Source of the DNA: Plasmodiophora brassicae | Lineage: Eukaryota | DNA length: 64,000 nucleotides | NCBI GenBank assembly: GCA_036867785.1 | Contig: CP145409.1 | Coordinates: forward strand, 310,001 to 374,000 | Direction: 5' to 3' | Shown here: positions 58,201 to 64,000 of the stretch, in pieces | Layout: each line of letters opens with the position of its first letter | How positions within the stretch are numbered: the stretch's first letter is position 1 | Notes under the pieces: generated by a model | What the model saw: the letters and a program-made list of their open reading frames with translations, nothing else | Databases searched by the model: none | Told to the model about the DNA's origin: nothing | Position numbers and translations under genes: made by a program

Positions 58201-60641
58201 CGATGACGACGACGCCACCCGACGCGTTCCTCTCCGTGTAGCACGACGACGCTCCTGGGCTCCGCTCGATGGTCAGCGTCTCCTGGCCGGCCACCCTGAT
58301 GCCGGACATGAACCCATCGGGGCGCGTCACGTAGATCGCCGACGGAAACGCCGACGACCGCGTCCACAGCGATGCGACCGAGGCCATCGCCGTCGCGTCG
58401 GCCGCACGCGCCGCCTCCGCCACGACGGTCTTCGAGGCCTGCAGCAGGCCAGCGACGTCGGTCGCCGCCTGCCACGCCACCGACTCCACGACACGGTCGC
58501 GCTCGACGCCGCCGATCGCCCCGAGCGCCTCCATCCACGCGACCCAGACGACGGCGGGGACCAGAACCAGCACGACGAACGCGACAGTGGCGGCGGCGGC
58601 GGCGGCGTCGCCGGAGCCGTCGTCGTCGGAGCCGCGGCCGGCGCGCCACCGGCCCGCCGCGAAGACGACCGTGGCGATGCAGAACACGACGAAGACCGCG
58701 CCGGTGCCGATCGTCAGGAGCGCAATGCGCTTCCCGTACGTGGCCGGGAAGTCGTCGATGGCGAAGGCCGTCATCAGAGACAGGCCCGATGTCGCGCGGA
58801 ACGACGACGACTGCGATGCGGACGGAGGCGGGGCGGTGCCGTTGCCGCCCAGGAGCGCGCTCGGCAGCGTGCTGGCAACGACAGCGGCGTCGTCCATCAC
58901 GACGACGTCGACGTTCGGGCACGAGCCTACGCTGCTGGACAGGGCCTGCAGAGGGACGCCCGCACCGACGCGCCGCGTTGCGTTGATGGGCGAGACGACC
59001 GCGTACCCCCTGCCGCCAAACGGCAGGTCCACGATCGCGGTCCACAAGGTTCCCGCCGACGGAAACGGGGCGATCAGACGCCCGCAAGGCCATGCGCTGC
59101 CGGTGCAGGGCGGGCGCGTCACGACCGACTCGTTACGAACGGCGGCGGCGGTCACGTAGCCGGCGTTGTCGACGACGAACAGGCTGGAGACGTCGGGGAA
59201 CAGCTCCAGCTGGTCGGCGAGGGCGTCCGGCGACGTGAACCGACTGGCGGCCAGCCTGGCGAGCGTGTCGGCGTCGCCGGTCAATGCGCTGATGCGGTTC
59301 TGTGCGACCACGATGGACGTCGCCTGCAGGACGCGCTGGGGACCCGATACGGCCGCGCCGAACGACGAATGGCATTGCCAGATGAGGAGGACGACGCCGA
59401 CAACGCCGACGAGGACGACGAGGGTGGTGAACGTGCGGCTGGCGATGGTGGCGGCCACCCGGCCGTACTTGTCGCGAAGGTCCCGGACGAGGGTGGCGTT
59501 CTCGGCGTCGATGATGTCCTGGCTCCTGCGATCGGCATCGGGCAGGGGCAGGCCTTCGTACCGGTCCAGGACCGTCGGACGGAGATGGGATGGCATCTTC
59601 GTCATGCGCGTCTCGCTGCGATACAGCATCATGGCGAGGACGTTGTCGATCAGGTAGAGGAACCCCTCGCAGGCGGACAGGTTCGGCTGGGCTTCGACGT
59701 CGCGCAGCAGGGCGATCGTCGTCGCCGCCTGCTGTATCGCGGCACACGCCTCGTGCGTGTACCGCTTCGCGTGCAGATGCATCGGCCGGAACAGGAACTC
59801 GCACAGCGCCCTGTACCGCGCCTTCTCCCGGTGCGTCGGCTGCGCCGTCTGGCACAGACCCGACAACGACGCCCGGTGGTCGTCGTTGTCGGGCGCGAAC
59901 ACCGACAGGAACTTGCGGAACCGCTCCATGGATGTTGCCATCTGGACGGCGCTCCACTCCTGCGGAGGGGGCGGAAGAGTCAGCACATCAGCGACGACCT
60001 GACCAGCGACGGTTCGCCGCTGCACTGACCGCGTAGGTCGCATGGACTGCTACAGGGTCCGCGTCGCCGGCGGAACCGCCCGGCAGCGTCAAGACAGTCG
60101 CTCCCGTGGGCAGCACGATATCCAGCGTCGGCTGGTAGACGACCGCGTTGGCGTTCGTGGCCGTCGACGACCGCGATCTGTACATGGAGCGCAGGGCGCC
60201 GTGGATGTGCGGTTTCCTGACGGCGACGTCTTGTGGCGGGCTGGCGGGTGGTGCTGGTGGTGAGGGCGTTGCCGCTGCTGGCACGGAAAGCGTTCGCCGG
60301 TGCTGGGTGATTCGGGCGTGGCCGCTCAGGATCTCGTGGAGGCGAGCGGACTCCCGCGGGGGCATGTACTCGGTCAGGAACGCGCCGATGCCGATGCCGT
60401 TGAGCAGGTCCAGGGCGCAGACCAGGCGCCAGGCCTGGTTGATCATCGGGTCATCGTCGAGCGACCGTGACGACCCGCCCTCCGAGAATAGGTCGCTGTC
60501 CTCAGTCGTATCGGGGAGGTGGGCAGACGCGGTACCGCCACCCTGATGGGCGTCCCGGTCGTCATCCCAGGGGAACGATGGCTCTCGACGAATCGGCCCT
60601 ATAGACACCTTTGTCGACCCGTCGTCGATGACGTCGCCCAT
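55236..60641 (-). CDS. two-pore channel (2x6TM with EF-hand linker) fused to an N-terminal module of four TM helices and two Cache-like domains
   Basis: ORF 55507-57246 has pore 1 FVVMSTAENY, EF hand DYDEDGHMSMGDF, and pore 2 NFDNLANAFLGLTQLLVSD|NW. Intron 57291-57351 (GTACG..CACTGAC..CAG) joins it in frame to ORF 57314-60043. A further intron near 59965-60030 joins the 60641 start exon. Confidence 0.8.
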
Positions 60642-60902
60642 GGCATCACGGGTAGTACTGATCAACCGATCGACCTGCCCGTTATACGGTCGTCAGCGTG
60701 TAATGTGCCCGCGTCACATTACCGCTGGGCGCCCCCCGTACCATCGAAGGTGCAATAGGAAGTGGCCGGCAGGACCCATTCATCGAAGCTGGCAAAGGGA
60801 TTGATGCCAATCCGGATCGCGAAGTGCACAACGGATCGCGTCTCAGCCCCGGTGGATTTATCATCATCGTAACGTCGGCGGTGATCGCACCCGGTTCGGC
60901 GG

Positions 60903-63150
60903 TCACAAACGCGCCTGAGGCGACTTGAGCAGCCAGAGGTTTCTGATGGCCTCGTCGTCCTTGTTGAGCTCGGCTAGTACCCGGTCATCCCTGCGACGAC
61001 CATATAGGCACCGTGTTCCGCTGGACGTATAGCACGCGCGCCGTACCTGGCATGGATGTATGTAATCAGGTCGGCAATGATGCGAGCCGGGATGGAGAAG
61101 TTCAGGCTAGGGATGGTCGCCGAGTCCCTGTCCGCGCCACCCGGCAGCGACTGCCGAATGTTGCAGGACACGACGCCTACACCATGTGTTTGTCAGTAGC
61201 GTTCAGGTCAGGGTTACGTGAGGGTGGCGTACCGATGGCCCGACCGGCATCCACGTCGAGAAGCATGCCACCCGAGTTCCCTCGATGGACCAGCGCCGAA
61301 CTTTGCAACAGGACAGGTTCGCCGCCGCGTATTCTGCCGACTGACGAGCGCGCGTGAATATTCCCACGAACAGGCCGGCGTCGAACGCCGGCTGCACACC
61401 TTTCGCTAGCGTCCCTCTCGACACCGACGGCCCCGCCGGCGTGCACTCGACGGACGGGTCGAACAGGGCATGCCCGACGGCAGCAACAGACGTTCCTGGA
61501 CGAGGCGGGGCGAAGCTCCATCCGATGCCTTCTGATACACTGACGAGCTCGTCCTGACGTCCACACAGCGTCACGCGCGCGCTCGTCATGCGGGACCCGA
61601 GTTGGACCCGACCTGGTCGATGTGGACCAGGGCAAGGTCCCAGGGGCCCGATGAACAGTACACGACGGATGCCTGGGCCCACCGCCTGCCCTGCTCTGCA
61701 CGAGCAATCGGTTACACGTGGGCCGGGCAGGGAACCGGTTCGGTCTGCCTCGTACTGTTGCCATGCAGGAAATTGGATCCGTCCAGCCGGACACGTAGCC
61801 CGGGAACGGGACCGGGCTCTGTGGCACCGCTAGGAATCAACAGGTGTGCGTTCGTCACCAGGTACCTAACAGGACCGCAAGCATGAGCACCTATTCGCAA
61901 ACGCATAGCAGCGGTACAAAGGGTCCACCCGTCGGAGTGGATGATGACGGCCGATGCCCAGGACCTGTCGAGGCAGATCGGGACAACGGACCTCGTCGCC
62001 CTGACAGCGCGCGTCAGTTGTGCCACAGACCAGCATTGCTGTCGCGCTACAGGGTAAGTCGGTCGGTGAGGTCGCTTCGGGGGCGGCCCGCGGCAGGGCG
62101 CGTCATGGGCGGGAGGCACCGGTGCCGACTCAGGAACCCGGCGATCGCCTCGACGGACATCATCATGTTGACCGCGGTCGTATCCGTCTGGTCGGCGCGG
62201 CGCAACGGTATCGTGACGACGCCGACCAGGTTGCCGTCGGTGCAGAACACGCCGCCACCTGGCGATCGATCCCCGGTTGGCGGTTGTTGTGTCGTCAAGC
62301 GACCGCATGGAACAACCTTCTGACCCCGGCAGGCACCTGGCGTCGATGGTCTGCAGGCACCCTGGGCGGATCGTATTGCCGACAACGCCTTTCGACACGC
62401 CGTTCTGCATTGCCGCTGGGCAGAACAGCCCGAACGGAGAACTGACCGCGCACACGTCCTGCCCATGGTCCCCCGAACGCCCTAACGTCACCGGGCGCAC
62501 GCCCTGCCGCCAACGGACGCGTCAGGGACGACTGAACACACACACACGCGCCTGCCTGCGAGAACGCAGCCGTACAGCTGGTTGGGAAACGTCGGCAGTG
62601 ACAACGGCCAGCGCTGCCGGCGACATCAGGTTGTTGACGGCGTCGTTGGATGACGACGCGTACCGCCAGCCGACGGTCCACCCGATCGTCTGCTCCATGA
62701 TGGCGCGAAACGCGTCATCGACACAGCTGACCTGTTGGGTGCGATAGTCAGGGCTGAATCGGGCGGCCAGTCCAGAGCGGGTGGACGGACACGACCAACG
62801 GCGTCGAGCCGGCAATCGACGGGGTCGGGATGGCCGGGCAGGACGGCCACAATGCCGATATCGTTCTTGTTGAACAGCGACAACGCCGACGCGTTGCAGA
62901 GGATTCGAATATGGGAGCGGTTCGCGCCGATCACGATGCCGCTGACGCTGATCGTCGTGCGGCCCGTCCTCCTGGGCGACACTGGTATCAAACCGGGCAC
63001 ACTGTGTCAGGTATCCCCAACTGGCGCGGACGATATGGAGTAGAATGGCAGCGTCGTGCGCAAGCTGGCAGGGCATTCGCCCGTGATTCGAACGAGGACG
63101 CAGGACGTGCGCGGATCAGACGCAAACGTCGTGGTCGCTTTGGCCTCCAT
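60903..63150 (-). CDS. TYSND1: peroxisomal leader-peptide processing protease (TYSND1/DEG15-like, two trypsin-like domains)
   Basis: SCVLVRITG; TISVSG; VSSPFG..NGVSKGVVGN; IDARCLPGSEG; WASAVII..YLVTNAHLL; VGHALF; LQSSALVHRGNSGG; IPSLNFSIP. C-terminal PTS1 ARL*. Confidence 0.88.
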
Positions 63151-64000
63151 AACGATCGTCTTCCCCCGCAAGCAGGCTGCTCCAGGTCAGTGACGGTCGA
63201 GATTCGAGCCAACGTCGGTGGTCACACACACACACACACACTCAGGCAGCTGGGCTTCGCGACCCCGATGTCGAACATCGCCAGCCAGTTCGAAGGCTGC
63301 AACGAACGATGGACGAATTGTGGGCGCAGTACGTGGAGGGTCGACGAAATAACCGGTATACCTCACGCGGGTATCGCTCGAGTTCACGGAGACGGTGGTA
63401 ATGCACGTCACCTGCGATTGACTCGAACCGTTGATGATCGCGGGATTGGCACGTGCTATACGCTTGAGTGAGTTGCACTGGTAAACGTTATCGCAGAACG
63501 CGCCACAGCAGGTATCGTTATGGCTCAGGAGGGGCGTATGCTTGTTTGACTGAGCCCATCCCGTCCGCGAGCCTGTCGATCGCAGGAGATGCTTCGGGTG
63601 TAGCAGGCGTAATCACGGCGGGGCTTTCGCCCCATGAGCTTAGAGTATAGGGATGGACGCTCAGGAAGGCAGGTTGCCTGGGATATTGGACTGCACGACC
63701 GGTCGCAGCCAGACCAAGAATGCAGGCACAACAAGAAAACAGTAGAAGAGGTGCCACGAAGACGGCTGGCTCGAGCAGGCCAACGAGCGGGTTTTACATA
63801 TCGTATAATCTTTACTGGTCTATAGTAGTACCGTGTACACACCAGGTAGATAACCGGGTAGTTCACGTGAAACTAGGTTCATAGGTAGGTCTATGACGAT
63901 GTCACCAAAGACAGTCGGCGTTGCTGGAAAATCGCTGTTTTGACGTCACTCTGCGTTGCAGACGCGTGGTATAGGACCATGGAGAACTTGCCGATGATAA

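Noticed and set aside
63518-64000. Hydrophobic minus-strand ORF resembling a secreted peptide
   Set aside because: It starts at GTG with no in-frame ATG. It may be the last exon of a gene beyond the window and cannot be resolved.

Overview
This is eukaryotic, GC-rich, gene-dense nuclear DNA with many short GT-AG introns, so most ORF-track entries are exon fragments or shadow frames. The composition, intron style and chitin genes suggest a phytomyxid protist such as Plasmodiophora, which is an inference. Recognisable genes are a GH16 Crh-like enzyme, a bZIP factor, a large secreted PA14/filamin protein, an OSCA/TMEM63 channel, VPS4, NAE1, a G-patch protein, a TPX2-like Aurora-binding protein, two divergently oriented dynamin-like GTPases, an intronless PPR-DYW protein, MFAP1, chitin synthase, WDR3/UTP12, a stefin, two tandem secreted paralogues, PEP mutase, SRP9, a LOTUS+zinc-finger protein, cobalamin adenosyltransferase, eIF2-beta and TYSND1/DEG15. 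Mobile DNA comprises a non-autonomous hAT element with TIRs and an 8-bp TSD, a second hAT element split by an internal inversion with a fold-back footprint, a scrambled relic of that family, and a Harbinger fragment. The strongest candidate for a new system is one gene (55236-60641, minus strand) that appears to fuse two membrane-anchored Cache-like sensor domains to a two-pore channel with acidic filters and charge-poor S4 segments. Exon boundaries were read by eye, and domain calls come from motif recognition rather than database searches.
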